64,000 nt of DNA from Mucilaginibacter sp. Lineage in GTDB: Bacteria > Bacteroidota > Bacteroidia > Sphingobacteriales > Sphingobacteriaceae. Under the pieces are notes generated by a model, which was not told where the DNA came from, searched no databases, and saw only the letters and a list, made by a program, of their open reading frames with translations. Location: assembly GCA_030445275.1 (NCBI GenBank), contig JAUCSE010000066.1, positions 10,336 through 74,335 of the forward strand, in the 5' to 3' direction. Of this stretch, positions 18,635 through 28,360 are shown in pieces. Made by a program: the position numbers and the translations under genes. Position 1 is the first letter of the stretch. Each line of letters begins with the position of its first letter.

Positions 18635-19609
18635 ATGCGTGAAGCATTATTTGTAAAACAAAATTCGGCAAAATGGAAGGAGTATGAAACCATTCCCTCG
18701 CATGACCCGGATGACCTTGCTGAGCGATTTGTAGTTATTACAGATGATCTTGCTTATGCTAAAACTTTTTATCCAAAATCAAGAACAACTACCTATTTAA
18801 ACGGGTTGGCAGCCGGCTTTCATCAATCTATTTATAAAAACAAAAAGGAAAAAGCCAACAGGTTTGTATATTTCTGGCAGTTTGAGTTACCCCTGTTATT
18901 TAAAAAATACCGTAAGCAATTATTATATTCATTTATTTTTTTCACCGCGTTTTTCCTGGTCGGAATACTTTCTGCTAAATATGATAACACCTTTATCCGG
19001 TTCATATTGGGCGATGACTATGTAAACATGACCAACGAAAACATATCAAAAGGTGATCCGTTTGGGGTTTATAAAAGTGAAAATGAATTTGTGATGTTTT
19101 GGATGATAGCTAAGAATAACTTAACCGTAACGGCTATAACATTTGTTTTGGGGATTACTTTATCGGTAGGTACATTATATAACCTGTTTAAAAACGGAAT
19201 AATGGTTGGTTGTTTTCAATATCTGTTTATCAGCAAGGGATTGGCATTTAAATCGGTCCTGGTTATATGGATACATGGCACACTTGAAATATCCACTATA
19301 ATTTTAGCGGGTGCGGCGGGTTTAATTATGGGCAACAGCATCCTGTTTCCCAAAACATATAGCCGTTTTTTATCTTTAAAAAGGGGCGCACTTGACGGGC
19401 TTAAAATAATGATCGGTATTGCACCTATTGTGGTAACTGCAGCCATATTTGAAAGTTTTGTAACACGGCATACTGAAATGCCTTCATGGCTAAGTATGGC
19501 CATTTTAGCAGGATCATTTTTGTTTATTATATGGTACGTTGTTATTTACCCAGCCTATTTATCACATCGTTTAAAATTTGTTGAAACCACTAATGAAACA
19601 GCATATTGA
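18635..19609 (+). CDS. SpoIIM-like (DUF95) integral membrane protein
   Basis: 324 aa. Cytoplasmic N-terminal domain followed by about 5 TM segments (IWIHGTLEISTIILAGAAG). Confidence 0.65.
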   Translation: MREALFVKQNSAKWKEYETIPSHDPDDLAERFVVITDDLAYAKTFYPKSRTTTYLNGLAAGFHQSIYKNKKEKANRFVYFWQFELPLLFKKYRKQLLYSFIFFTAFFLVGILSAKYDNTFIRFILGDDYVNMTNENISKGDPFGVYKSENEFVMFWMIAKNNLTVTAITFVLGITLSVGTLYNLFKNGIMVGCFQYLFISKGLAFKSVLVIWIHGTLEISTIILAGAAGLIMGNSILFPKTYSRFLSLKRGALDGLKIMIGIAPIVVTAAIFESFVTRHTEMPSWLSMAILAGSFLFIIWYVVIYPAYLSHRLKFVETTNETAY

Positions 19610-20435
19610 ATTAAGCAAGGTTCGTGAATTTGGGGATATTTTAAGCGATACCTTTTTATTTGTAAGGCAAAACTTCAAACCCTTATTAAAAACCTATTTT
19701 GTGATATGCGGTTTGTTTTTGGTAACCGCCATGCTTGTTTCGATATTAGCTAGTGGCCAATCTGCATATGACGGCGGAAACTCCCCATTTTCATTTACCA
19801 AAGTTTTAGGGATGCTGTTTGATCTGGTTAACTACACCGCGCTCATGTTAACTACGCTATCTTATTTAGCTTTATATAAGGCTAAAGAAAACCAACCGCC
19901 TGGCGTAGTTGAAGTTTGGTCATACTTTAAATACTATTTTTTCAGGGTACTTATTGTCCAGGTAATATTAGGTATTGGACTCACCATAGGGTTTTTCATG
20001 TGTTTTATACCATGTATTTACTTACTTACCGTTTTTTCATTGGTTACCCCGATTATGATTATTGAAAACGGCAATACAGAATATTCTATAAAAAGGGCCT
20101 TTAAAATTATCAAAAACAATTGGTGGTTAACGTTTGGTGTGATCTTACTAATGTCCATCATCGTTTTAATGGTAATGCTTATTTTTATGGTACCTGCGAT
20201 TTTTATTTTTGGTAGCGGCCAGTGGTTAACCGGAAAAAGCTTTAGCAGCGGTTATACTATCGCGCTATCAATCATCATTCATCTTTGGCAGGTTTTGGGA
20301 ATATTGCCCATTATCGCTGTTACATTAGTTTATTATACTTTAACCGAACAAAAGGAAGCAGGCGGTTTAATTAACAGGATCAAAACATTTGGAAAGAACA
20401 ATACTAATGACCAGTTTCCATCAGAGCAATATTAA
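19593..20435 (+). CDS. polytopic membrane protein, unknown family
   Basis: ATG at 19593 (MKQHIELSKVREFGDIL...). About 6 TM segments. Overlaps the upstream gene by 17 nt. Confidence 0.55.
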   Translation: MKQHIELSKVREFGDILSDTFLFVRQNFKPLLKTYFVICGLFLVTAMLVSILASGQSAYDGGNSPFSFTKVLGMLFDLVNYTALMLTTLSYLALYKAKENQPPGVVEVWSYFKYYFFRVLIVQVILGIGLTIGFFMCFIPCIYLLTVFSLVTPIMIIENGNTEYSIKRAFKIIKNNWWLTFGVILLMSIIVLMVMLIFMVPAIFIFGSGQWLTGKSFSSGYTIALSIIIHLWQVLGILPIIAVTLVYYTLTEQKEAGGLINRIKTFGKNNTNDQFPSEQY

Positions 20436-20443
20436 AAACGAAT

Positions 20444-21217
20444 ATGTTTAAGTCGCTGATCATTTTTTTAAGCATACTTGTGTTTTTTAACGCTACGGCT
20501 TCGCCCAGCTTAAAAAACACGGTGTTACCTGTTGCTCATCACCAGCTTAAAACAGATAGCACCAGGTTAGTGCCCCGTGAATTTAATAAAGCATCGTTAA
20601 AAGCTTACAAGAACAATCCTGATTTTAATTACCATATCCAAAAAAAGGACATCACCTTATGGGACCGTTTTTGGGAATGGATATGGGATGTATGGAATAA
20701 TTTTTGGTTATGGGTAAATAGCATACTTGAAAAATTATTCGGGCACCGGGGTGGCCATAGTGCTTTTTTGGTAATGAAATACCTGATATTAGGCATAGGT
20801 GTTTGCCTCATAGTTTATGTGGTGTTTAAGCTGTTAGGTATTGATTTGCTGCATCTTTTTAGAAAAGAGCCAGAGAATAAAACTGTTTCCTACAGTGAAT
20901 CGATTGAAAACATAAACGAAATAAATTTTGATGAAGCAATTGAAAACGCGCTATCAATTAAAAACTATCGTCTTGCCGTACGGCTCTTGTACCTGCGGTG
21001 TTTAAAACAACTTAGCGATAAGCATTTAATTAACTGGCGACTGGAAAAAACCAATACCGCTTATTTAAATGAGCTTACCGATAATGAACTGCGCAGACAA
21101 TTCACACAGCTTACCAGGCAGTTTGAGTATGTATGGTATGGAAACTTCCCAGTAAACGGTCAGTCGTTTCAAAATATTAACGCGATTTTCCAGGAATTTA
21201 AACGCCTGCTGCCATGA
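20444..21217 (+). CDS. DUF4129-like membrane-anchored protein
   Basis: 257 aa. Signal/TM segment, a second TM segment, and a C-terminal helical domain (YRLAVRLLYLRCLKQL...FEYVWYG). Confidence 0.6.
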   Translation: MFKSLIIFLSILVFFNATASPSLKNTVLPVAHHQLKTDSTRLVPREFNKASLKAYKNNPDFNYHIQKKDITLWDRFWEWIWDVWNNFWLWVNSILEKLFGHRGGHSAFLVMKYLILGIGVCLIVYVVFKLLGIDLLHLFRKEPENKTVSYSESIENINEINFDEAIENALSIKNYRLAVRLLYLRCLKQLSDKHLINWRLEKTNTAYLNELTDNELRRQFTQLTRQFEYVWYGNFPVNGQSFQNINAIFQEFKRLLP

Positions 21218-22401
21218 AAAGTTTAAAGCTTTATATTATTGCATTATCATGTCTGCTGCTCATTTACCTGGTTGCACAATACAACAGGCCTAAACCTGTT
21301 GACTGGACAACATCATTAAACATTAATGATAAAATTCCCTATGGTACTTATATTCTTTATCACAACATCAATGATATTTTCCCTAAAGCTTCGGTAAAAA
21401 CATTTAGTGAACCTGTTTATAATGTAATCAACGATCACGAAATAAAACATGGCACCTACATCATCATTTGTGAAGCCATTAATTTAACCGAATATGATTA
21501 TGCTAAGCTTAAACAATATATAAGCAGCGGTAACGATGTGTTTATTGCAGCGTCGTACTTTGGCGAACAGTTCAAGAAAAACCTTAAAATTGAAACAAGG
21601 ATAGAGTTTGGGGATGCATCGGCCACTCCAATTAAGTTCGCAGGCAAATACCTCGATACAACAAAACTTTATAACACTAATAGAAGCACAAGTAAGGGTT
21701 ATTTTACCAGCGTTGATACACTCAAAGCCTTAGTGTTGGGAAAAAACACCCATCAACACGTAAATTTTGTAAAATACCCTATGGGTAAGGGAACCCTATT
21801 TTTAAATGCTAATCCGCTTATGTTCACCAATTTTAGCTTGTTAAGCCAAACAGGAGCAGCATACGCCGCAACAGCATTGTCCTTCACAAAAAACGATAAT
21901 AACCTGATATGGGACCGCTACTATACTGAAGGCCGGGATGATGATGGCTCATCTATGCGTGTTTTTTTAAGAAATACCAGTTTGCGCTGGGCATTTTATA
22001 TTACATTTTTTAGTTTACTATTTTTTGTATTGTACGAAATAAAACGCCGGCAGCGTATTATCCCGGTTATTGAACCTCAGGCCAATGAAACACTTGGATT
22101 TGTTACCGTAGTGGGCCAGGTTTATTATGAAAAACGCGACAATGCCAATATCGCCCATAAAAAAGTGCTTTATTTGTTAGAACATCTGCGGGATCACTAC
22201 CGCTTAAAAACCAATAAACTTGATAATGAATTTACAGATACGCTTTCAAAAAAAACAGGCATCGATAGCCAGTTTGCTGCCAGTCTTGTTAATGCCGTTA
22301 ATTTCATTAGCGTTCAGCAACATGTTACCAGCGAGGAATTAATCAAGCTTAATAAGCTTATAGAAAATTTTTACAGCCAATCCGGATATAATGGAAAATG
22401 A
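21214..22401 (+). CDS. DUF4350-like membrane protein
   Basis: 395 aa. N-terminal TM, a periplasmic-type domain, a late TM segment (WAFYITFFSLLFFVLYEI). ATGA overlap with the upstream gene. Confidence 0.6.
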   Translation: MKSLKLYIIALSCLLLIYLVAQYNRPKPVDWTTSLNINDKIPYGTYILYHNINDIFPKASVKTFSEPVYNVINDHEIKHGTYIIICEAINLTEYDYAKLKQYISSGNDVFIAASYFGEQFKKNLKIETRIEFGDASATPIKFAGKYLDTTKLYNTNRSTSKGYFTSVDTLKALVLGKNTHQHVNFVKYPMGKGTLFLNANPLMFTNFSLLSQTGAAYAATALSFTKNDNNLIWDRYYTEGRDDDGSSMRVFLRNTSLRWAFYITFFSLLFFVLYEIKRRQRIIPVIEPQANETLGFVTVVGQVYYEKRDNANIAHKKVLYLLEHLRDHYRLKTNKLDNEFTDTLSKKTGIDSQFAASLVNAVNFISVQQHVTSEELIKLNKLIENFYSQSGYNGK

Positions 22402-23368
22402 GAATTTTGAAAAAAGAACCGATCTGAGTAAACTCAGTACAGCGGTTGAGCAAATAAAAGACACACTTGCCAAAATCATTGTAGGGCAACATGATTCAAT
22501 CGATCTGCTGATTGCCGGCATATTGGCAGACGGGCATATATTAATTGAAGGGGTACCAGGTGTAGCCAAAACGCTTACTGCCAAGCTTATTGCAAAAGCT
22601 ATTGATGCCCGCTACTCAAGGATCCAATTCACGCCTGACCTGATGCCTTCTGACATATTAGGCACATCGGTATTTAACCCTAAAACCACGGAGTTTGAAT
22701 TTAAGCAGGGCCCTATTTTTGGCAATATCATCCTGATAGATGAAATTAACCGGGCACCCGCCAAAACCCAATCAGCCTTGTTTGAGGTGATGGAAGAACG
22801 CCAGCTTACCATTGATGGGCATACCTATAAGATGCAGGAACCTTTTACGGTGCTGGCTACCCAAAACCCAATAGAACAGGAAGGTACCTACCGTCTGCCT
22901 GAAGCTCAGTTAGACCGTTTTTTATTTAAAATAGAGATCAAATACCCAACGCTTGAGGAAGAGATAGCTATTATAACCCAGCAACATCAGCAAAAAACAA
23001 CCGATCAGCTTAACCTGGTTAAACCTGTTTTATCGGCAACCGATGTTATTGAATTGCGCCAGCAAGTAAAAGCATTGCACGTTGAAACTAAACTATTGGA
23101 GTTTACCGCTAAAATCACTTATGAAAGTCGCAATCATAAATCTTTATATCTCGGTGGTTCGCCGCGCGCATCGTTGGCTATAGTTAACGCTGCTAAGGCG
23201 CTGGCTGCCATTAAAGGGCGCGATTTTGTTACTCCTGAGGATATCATATATGTAGCAGCGCCCGTTTTAAGGCACCGTATTATGCTTACACCTGACAAGG
23301 AAATGGAAGGGGCAAGTCCAGATGATGTGATAGCACAAATTATACAGAAAATTGAAGTCCCACGGTAA
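22391..23368 (+). CDS. MoxR-family AAA+ ATPase
   Basis: 325 aa. Motifs EGVPGVAKT, LIDEINRAPAKTQSALFEVMEE, ATQNPIEQEGTYRLPEAQLDRF. Overlaps the upstream gene by 11 nt. Confidence 0.9.
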   Translation: MENENFEKRTDLSKLSTAVEQIKDTLAKIIVGQHDSIDLLIAGILADGHILIEGVPGVAKTLTAKLIAKAIDARYSRIQFTPDLMPSDILGTSVFNPKTTEFEFKQGPIFGNIILIDEINRAPAKTQSALFEVMEERQLTIDGHTYKMQEPFTVLATQNPIEQEGTYRLPEAQLDRFLFKIEIKYPTLEEEIAIITQQHQQKTTDQLNLVKPVLSATDVIELRQQVKALHVETKLLEFTAKITYESRNHKSLYLGGSPRASLAIVNAAKALAAIKGRDFVTPEDIIYVAAPVLRHRIMLTPDKEMEGASPDDVIAQIIQKIEVPR

Positions 23369-23377
23369 CATAGCTGC

Positions 23378-24724
23378 GTGAAAAATATTATCAGTCTGTT
23401 TTATAAAAACCTATTCTTAACTAATCGCCTTTTTACCGGTTTGGCTTGCTGTGTGGTATTGTTTTTATTGTCTTTCTTTTTCCCATGGATGGGTATTATC
23501 CCTGAACTGGTATTTTGGGCGCTGGTAATATTATTTGTGATTGATGTGCTTATGCTGTACAAAACATCAAAAGGAGTATTTGCCAAGCGGCATGCCCCCG
23601 AGCGATTGAGCAACAGCGATAATAACGAGTTGGGCATATACCTCGAAAACTGGTATACGTTTAATATAAGTGTGGGTATTATTGACGAAATACCTTTTCA
23701 ATTTCAAAAACGTGATATTTGGTTTAAAACAAATTTAAAACCGCGTGAGCGTAAACTAATCAATTATATGCTACGCCCAACCCAGCGTGGTGAATACGAG
23801 TTTGGCGATGTACGGGTTTACGTAAAATCGCCATTGGGATTGATCAGGCGGCGTTATAATTTTGACCAGGCCGAAACATTGCCTGTGTACCCTTCCTTTT
23901 TGCAGATGCGCAAATATGAACTAATGGCCATCTCCAACCGCTTAACCGATATCGGCATCAAAAAGATAAGGAGAATTGGGCATAGTATGGAATTTGAACA
24001 GGTAAAAAACTATGTTGCCGGTGATGATTACCGTACCATTAACTGGAAAGCCACCGCAAGGCAGGGCAACTTAATGGTAAACTCCTATACCGACGAGAAA
24101 TCACAGCATGTATATTGCGTAATTGATAAATCAAGAGCCATGAAAATGCCTTTTGATGGTTTAAGCTTGCTGGATTATGCCATAAATGCCAGCCTGGTGC
24201 TATCAAACGTGGCTTTGCTCAAAGAGGACAAAGCCGGACTGGTCACCATTTCTGAAAAACTAGGAGCCGTGATACCTGCCGATAAGCGCCCAGCACATTT
24301 AAATAAGATACTGGAGGTTTTATATAAAGAAAAAACACGGTACCTGGAAACCAACATGGAACTACTTTACAGTACCATACGTAAAGTAATTAAGCAGCGC
24401 AGCCTGGTTGTATTCTTCACCAATTACGAAAGCCTTAATGCTTTAAACCGACAATTACCTTTTCTTAAAAGGATCGCTAAATATCACCTTTTACTGGTGG
24501 TATTCTTTGAAAATACAGAGCTCAAGAAGCTAAGTGAAGAAACCGCTCCTAACGTGGAGGGCATCTACATCAAAACCATAGCCGAAAAGTTTGCCTACGA
24601 TAAAAAACTTATTGTTAAAGAGCTGACAAAACACGGCATACAATCAATTTTGAGTGCTCCTCAAAACCTTACCATCAATACTATTAACAAGTACCTTGAA
24701 ATTAAGGCTAAGCAAAAGCTATAA
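23378..24724 (+). CDS. DUF58 domain protein with N-terminal TM pair
   Basis: 448 aa. FEQVKNYVAGDDYRTINWKATAR...VIDKSRAM is the DUF58 signature. Confidence 0.8.
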   Translation: MKNIISLFYKNLFLTNRLFTGLACCVVLFLLSFFFPWMGIIPELVFWALVILFVIDVLMLYKTSKGVFAKRHAPERLSNSDNNELGIYLENWYTFNISVGIIDEIPFQFQKRDIWFKTNLKPRERKLINYMLRPTQRGEYEFGDVRVYVKSPLGLIRRRYNFDQAETLPVYPSFLQMRKYELMAISNRLTDIGIKKIRRIGHSMEFEQVKNYVAGDDYRTINWKATARQGNLMVNSYTDEKSQHVYCVIDKSRAMKMPFDGLSLLDYAINASLVLSNVALLKEDKAGLVTISEKLGAVIPADKRPAHLNKILEVLYKEKTRYLETNMELLYSTIRKVIKQRSLVVFFTNYESLNALNRQLPFLKRIAKYHLLLVVFFENTELKKLSEETAPNVEGIYIKTIAEKFAYDKKLIVKELTKHGIQSILSAPQNLTINTINKYLEIKAKQKL

Positions 24725-24749
24725 CTTTCTGAGGAGATAGATCCTAAAC

Positions 24750-24827
24750 GCGTCGAGCGTAGCGTGGCAATCCCTAACTTTACAGAGCGGACCTGCTTAT
24801 CGGGGATTGCCACGCTACGCAATGACG
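24750..24827. repeat. family-1 palindromic intergenic element, divergent copy 4
   Basis: GCGTAGCGTGGCAATCCC and GGGATTGCCACGCTACGC form an 18-bp perfect stem. The outer CGTC...GACG and the centre CTTTACAGAGCGGACCTGCTTAT are homologous to copy 3. Confidence 0.75.
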
Positions 24828-24859
24828 TGATGTAAAAGGCCTTTTGCCCCTCACCCTCT

Positions 24860-25648
24860 TTACCCTGCTTTCGGGAAAGCTATGCCGGCAGCGGTAAGGT
24901 CTTTAATGATCTTTTCTTGCAAGGCCATTTTAGCTGTTAAAAAGTCGGTTGGCTGAACCCACACATTTACAATATACCTGATCGAGTCGATCTCCAGGCT
25001 ATTAATACCTACCTTTGAGGCGGGAGTTTTCAATAAAATAGGGGTAGTATTTATCGAGTTCTCGATAATTCCTCTTACTTGTTCAACATCATTGGCATAG
25101 CCTACCTTCACTTCAAAATCAAGACGGCGCTTCCCTTCGCGGGTTACATTAACTATAACTTCGTTAAACAATTTGCCGTTAGGAATAATGACGGTTTTGT
25201 TATCAGCAGTAAGCAAAACCGTATAAAACATTTGTATGGAGGTTACCTTACCGTCCTGGCCCTGTGCCACAATGCTGTCATTAAGCTCAAACGGTTTTAA
25301 TAATAATATGAGCACACCTCCTGCAAAGTTTTGGAACGTTCCTGATAGTGCTAAACCGGCTGCCACACTAAAAGCACCTATGATGGTAGTGAAGATGGTC
25401 ATTTCCCAACCAATAACATTCATTACCCAAATTACCAGTAGCACATAAAGCGCAGTAATAGTTAAACTTAAAAAGAAGGGTTGTAATGAAGAGTGAATCC
25501 CTCTTTTGATCATCCGGTTGCGCAAACGCGTCCGTAAAAGTCTGATTGCCCAAAGACCAATAAAAAATATGATTATTCCACCTACATAGTTTGGCCCGCG
25601 GGTAATTAGCCAATGATGAAATTGCTGATAAAATTCTTCTACTTTCAT
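24860..25648 (-). CDS. mechanosensitive ion channel (MscS family)
   Basis: TM segments followed by the MscS beta domain (VQGQDGKVTSIQMFYTVLLTADNKTVIIPNGKLF). The ATG at 25648 is preferred over the TTG at 25660. Confidence 0.8.
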   Translation of the reverse strand: MKVEEFYQQFHHWLITRGPNYVGGIIIFFIGLWAIRLLRTRLRNRMIKRGIHSSLQPFFLSLTITALYVLLVIWVMNVIGWEMTIFTTIIGAFSVAAGLALSGTFQNFAGGVLILLLKPFELNDSIVAQGQDGKVTSIQMFYTVLLTADNKTVIIPNGKLFNEVIVNVTREGKRRLDFEVKVGYANDVEQVRGIIENSINTTPILLKTPASKVGINSLEIDSIRYIVNVWVQPTDFLTAKMALQEKIIKDLTAAGIAFPKAG

Positions 25649-25930
25649 AAGTAGAAACAAAGGTAAAAAATTTATTACTTACCGTAAATAGTAATAAAAA
25701 GCTCGGGGCCTTTTATCAGTAACCATCCAACTATGGTACTGTGCACTAATCTTGATTTTTTAACGATGCTTTTCATGATACTGTATTGTATTCAAATCCT
25801 ATGCCTAATAGCCAGATTATCAGATTTGTTACGCAAAAATAGGTAATAGGTGTTCAGTTAATGTTAAAAATTAATCAAATGATTAATTAATGACTATTCG
25901 TTTACGTTTACATGACCATGAACCTCCTTA

Positions 25931-25972
25931 AAAACAAATCCCTGTATGCTTTCGCATACAGGGATTTGTTTT
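25931..25972 (-). terminator. intrinsic terminator downstream of groEL
   Basis: AAAACAAATCCCTGTATGC-TTTC-GCATACAGGGATTTGTTTT. 19-bp stem with A/T runs on both sides. Confidence 0.7.
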
Positions 25973-26051
25973 TATACTTAAGTCCGAAGTTGAAAGTCAG
26001 AACTAATCGTTTTTGACTTAATACTCTTGACTCAAGGCTTAGGACTTCTGA

Positions 26052-27683
26052 TTACATCATACCGCCCATGCCGCCGCCACCCATTGGTGGGCCAGCAGGT
26101 GCATCTTCCGGATCATCAGCCAAAACAACTTCTGTTGTTAACAACATAGCTGCAATTGAAGCTGCGTTCTCTAATGCTACACGGCCAACTTTAGTTGGAT
26201 CGATAACACCAGCGCCAATCAGGTTTTCGTATTTATCAGTACGTGCATTGTAACCAAAGTCGGCTTTACCTTCTTTAACTTTTTGCACTACAATTGAACC
26301 TTCAATACCAGCGTTTTCGCAGATCTGACGTAAAGGCTCTTCGATAGCACGACGGATGATCTGGATACCAGTGTTCTCGTCTTCGTTATCACCTTTAAGG
26401 TCAGCTAAAGCAGCTACCGCACGAATGAAGGCAACGCCACCACCTGCAACAATACCTTCTTCAACAGCCGCACGGGTTGCATGTAAAGCATCATCAACAC
26501 GGTCTTTTTTCTCTTTCATTTCTACTTCTGTAGCAGCACCTACGTACAATACAGCAACACCACCAGATAATTTGGCTAAACGTTCCTGTAATTTTTCGCG
26601 GTCATAATCAGATGTAGTTGATTCGATCTGAGATTTGATCTGGCTTACACGGCCTTTGATCTCATCGGCAGAACCAGCACCGTTGATGATAGTAGTGTTA
26701 TCTTTGTCAATAACTATCTTCTCAGCAGTACCTAAGTAGCTAAGATCAGCATTCTCTAATTTGTAACCTCTTTCTTCAGAAATTAAAGTACCACCAGTAA
26801 GGATAGCGATATCCTCTAACATGGCTTTACGACGATCGCCAAAGCCAGGAGCTTTAACAGCAGCAACTTTCAGTGAACCACGGATCTTGTTAACTACCAA
26901 AGTAGCTAATGCTTCGCCATCAAGATCTTCAGCGATGATCAATAGTGGCTTGCCGGTTTGAACTTGTTTTTCCAAAATAGGAAGTAATTCCTTCATCGAA
27001 GAGATCTTTTTATCATAGATCAGGATGTAAGGATTTTCTAATTCAACTTCCATTTTGTCAGCATTAGTAACAAAGTATGGCGAAAGGTAACCACGGTCAA
27101 ACTGCATACCTTCAACAGTTCTAACTTCAGTTTCAGTACCTTTTGCTTCTTCAACAGTAATTACACCATCTTTACCAACTTTAGCCATAGCTTCTGCAAT
27201 TAATGAACCGATAACTTCGTCATTATTAGCAGAAATTGATGCTACTTGTTTTATTTTATTATTGTCCTCACCAACAGTTTGTGATTGTGATTTTAAATTC
27301 TCAACAACAACTATAACAGCTTTATCAATACCGCGTTTCAAATCCATTGGGTTAGCACCGGCTGCAACGTTTTTAATACCTGCAGTAACGATAGCCTGTG
27401 CTAAAACAGTAGCAGTAGTAGTACCATCACCCGCAATATCAGCAGTTTTTGACGCAACTTCCTTAACCATTTGGGCACCCATGTTTTCTAAAGCATCTTT
27501 TAATTCGATTTCTTTAGCCACCGTTACACCATCTTTAGTAATAATTGGTGAACCGAATTTTTTATCAATAATTACGTTACGGCCTTTAGGACCTAAGGTT
27601 ACTTTAACTGCGTTAGCTAAAATATCAACACCGCGTTTAAGGGCGTCACGTGCTTCAACATTGTATTTAACTTGTTTTGCCAT
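26052..27683 (-). CDS. groL: chaperonin GroEL
   Basis: 543 aa. Canonical sequence ([12 protein letters not shown]), C-terminal GGGGMGGMM. Confidence 0.97.
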   Translation of the reverse strand: MAKQVKYNVEARDALKRGVDILANAVKVTLGPKGRNVIIDKKFGSPIITKDGVTVAKEIELKDALENMGAQMVKEVASKTADIAGDGTTTATVLAQAIVTAGIKNVAAGANPMDLKRGIDKAVIVVVENLKSQSQTVGEDNNKIKQVASISANNDEVIGSLIAEAMAKVGKDGVITVEEAKGTETEVRTVEGMQFDRGYLSPYFVTNADKMEVELENPYILIYDKKISSMKELLPILEKQVQTGKPLLIIAEDLDGEALATLVVNKIRGSLKVAAVKAPGFGDRRKAMLEDIAILTGGTLISEERGYKLENADLSYLGTAEKIVIDKDNTTIINGAGSADEIKGRVSQIKSQIESTTSDYDREKLQERLAKLSGGVAVLYVGAATEVEMKEKKDRVDDALHATRAAVEEGIVAGGGVAFIRAVAALADLKGDNEDENTGIQIIRRAIEEPLRQICENAGIEGSIVVQKVKEGKADFGYNARTDKYENLIGAGVIDPTKVGRVALENAASIAAMLLTTEVVLADDPEDAPAGPPMGGGGMGGMM

Positions 27684-27818
27684 GTTTTTAGTTTTTGAAT
27701 TATTGAGTTATTGAACTAATGATTTAATTCTTTGCATCTCAATAATTATTTTCTTTTTGATTTTTGAATTATAGTTTTTGAATCCGTTTTTGATTTATTA
27801 ACACAGAATGATTCGCTC

Positions 27819-27845
27819 ATTCACTAAATCAATAATTCACTAATT
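27819..27845 (-). repeat. family-3 AT-rich repeat unit (AATTAGTGAATTATTGATTTAGTGAAT on minus strand)
   Basis: 26/27 identical to 31898-31924 read on the plus strand. Lies in the groES-groEL spacer next to the groES stop. Confidence 0.7.
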
Positions 27846-27849
27846 GAAA

Positions 27850-28125
27850 TTACAGAACCGCGTAAATATCAGTTTCACGCATAATTAAATACTCTTTACC
27901 TTCGTAAGTAATTTCGGTACCTGCGTATTTTCCATATAAAACCTGGTCACCCACTTTTACAGTTAAAGGCTCATCTACTTTACCGTCGCCTACGGCAACA
28001 ATAGTTCCACGCTGAGGTTTTTCTTTAGCGGTATCCGGGATAATAATTCCCGAAGCGGTCTTCTCTTCGGCAGCTGCAGCTTCCACTACTACTCTGTCGC
28101 CGATTGGTTTAATGTTTAATGACAT
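27850..28125 (-). CDS. groS: co-chaperonin GroES
   Basis: 91 aa. [11 protein letters not shown]...[21 protein letters not shown]. Confidence 0.95.
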   Translation of the reverse strand: MSLNIKPIGDRVVVEAAAAEEKTASGIIIPDTAKEKPQRGTIVAVGDGKVDEPLTVKVGDQVLYGKYAGTEITYEGKEYLIMRETDIYAVL

Positions 28126-28313
28126 AGTTATACTTGTTTATTTTATTTAAGTTTTCAACTCCAATTCCTCATCAATTATGCCAAGCAAACGCAATGGCAA
28201 TTATTGACAGGCAAAACTGTTGTAATGTCAGCTAAAGGTTATTTTGGTTTTAATGCTTAACAATATTTTAATATTCCTGTGCCATGATGTCAGTTAGGTT
28301 ACAAGAAGCAAAA

Positions 28314-28344
28314 AAGGCCTTGGAAAGTTCCCAAAGCCTTTTTT
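28314..28344 (-). terminator. intrinsic terminator downstream of secG
   Basis: AAGGCCTTGG (28314-28323) pairs with CCAAAGCCTT (28331-28340), with one mismatch. Flanked by A5 and T-runs. Confidence 0.5.
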
Positions 28345-28360
28345 AATATTTTTAAGTTAC

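Noticed and set aside
5544-24827. Could the repeated palindromes be a CRISPR array?
   Set aside because: The copies are kilobases apart in separate intergenic gaps. Each is a self-complementary hairpin rather than a direct repeat with regular spacers, and no cas genes are present.
25675-25776. 33-codon minus-strand ORF (MKSIVKKSRLVHSTIVGWLLIKGPELFITIYGK) upstream of mscS
   Set aside because: It is too short, no motif is recognisable and it has no terminator of its own. It cannot be supported from sequence alone.
27262-27714. 150-aa plus-strand ORF antisense to groEL, and similar long antisense ORFs at 44839-45276, 53266-53772, 58130-58561, 15464-15880 and 51543-51902
   Set aside because: These are shadow ORFs fully inside well-supported genes on the opposite strand. 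Their composition is typical of antisense frames (Ser/Ala/Leu/Ile-rich) and they have no motifs.
28126-28360. Looked for a CIRCE/HrcA operator (TTAGCACTC-N9-GAGTGCTAA) upstream of groES
   Set aside because: No such inverted repeat is present, and I cannot recognise a heat-shock promoter by eye.
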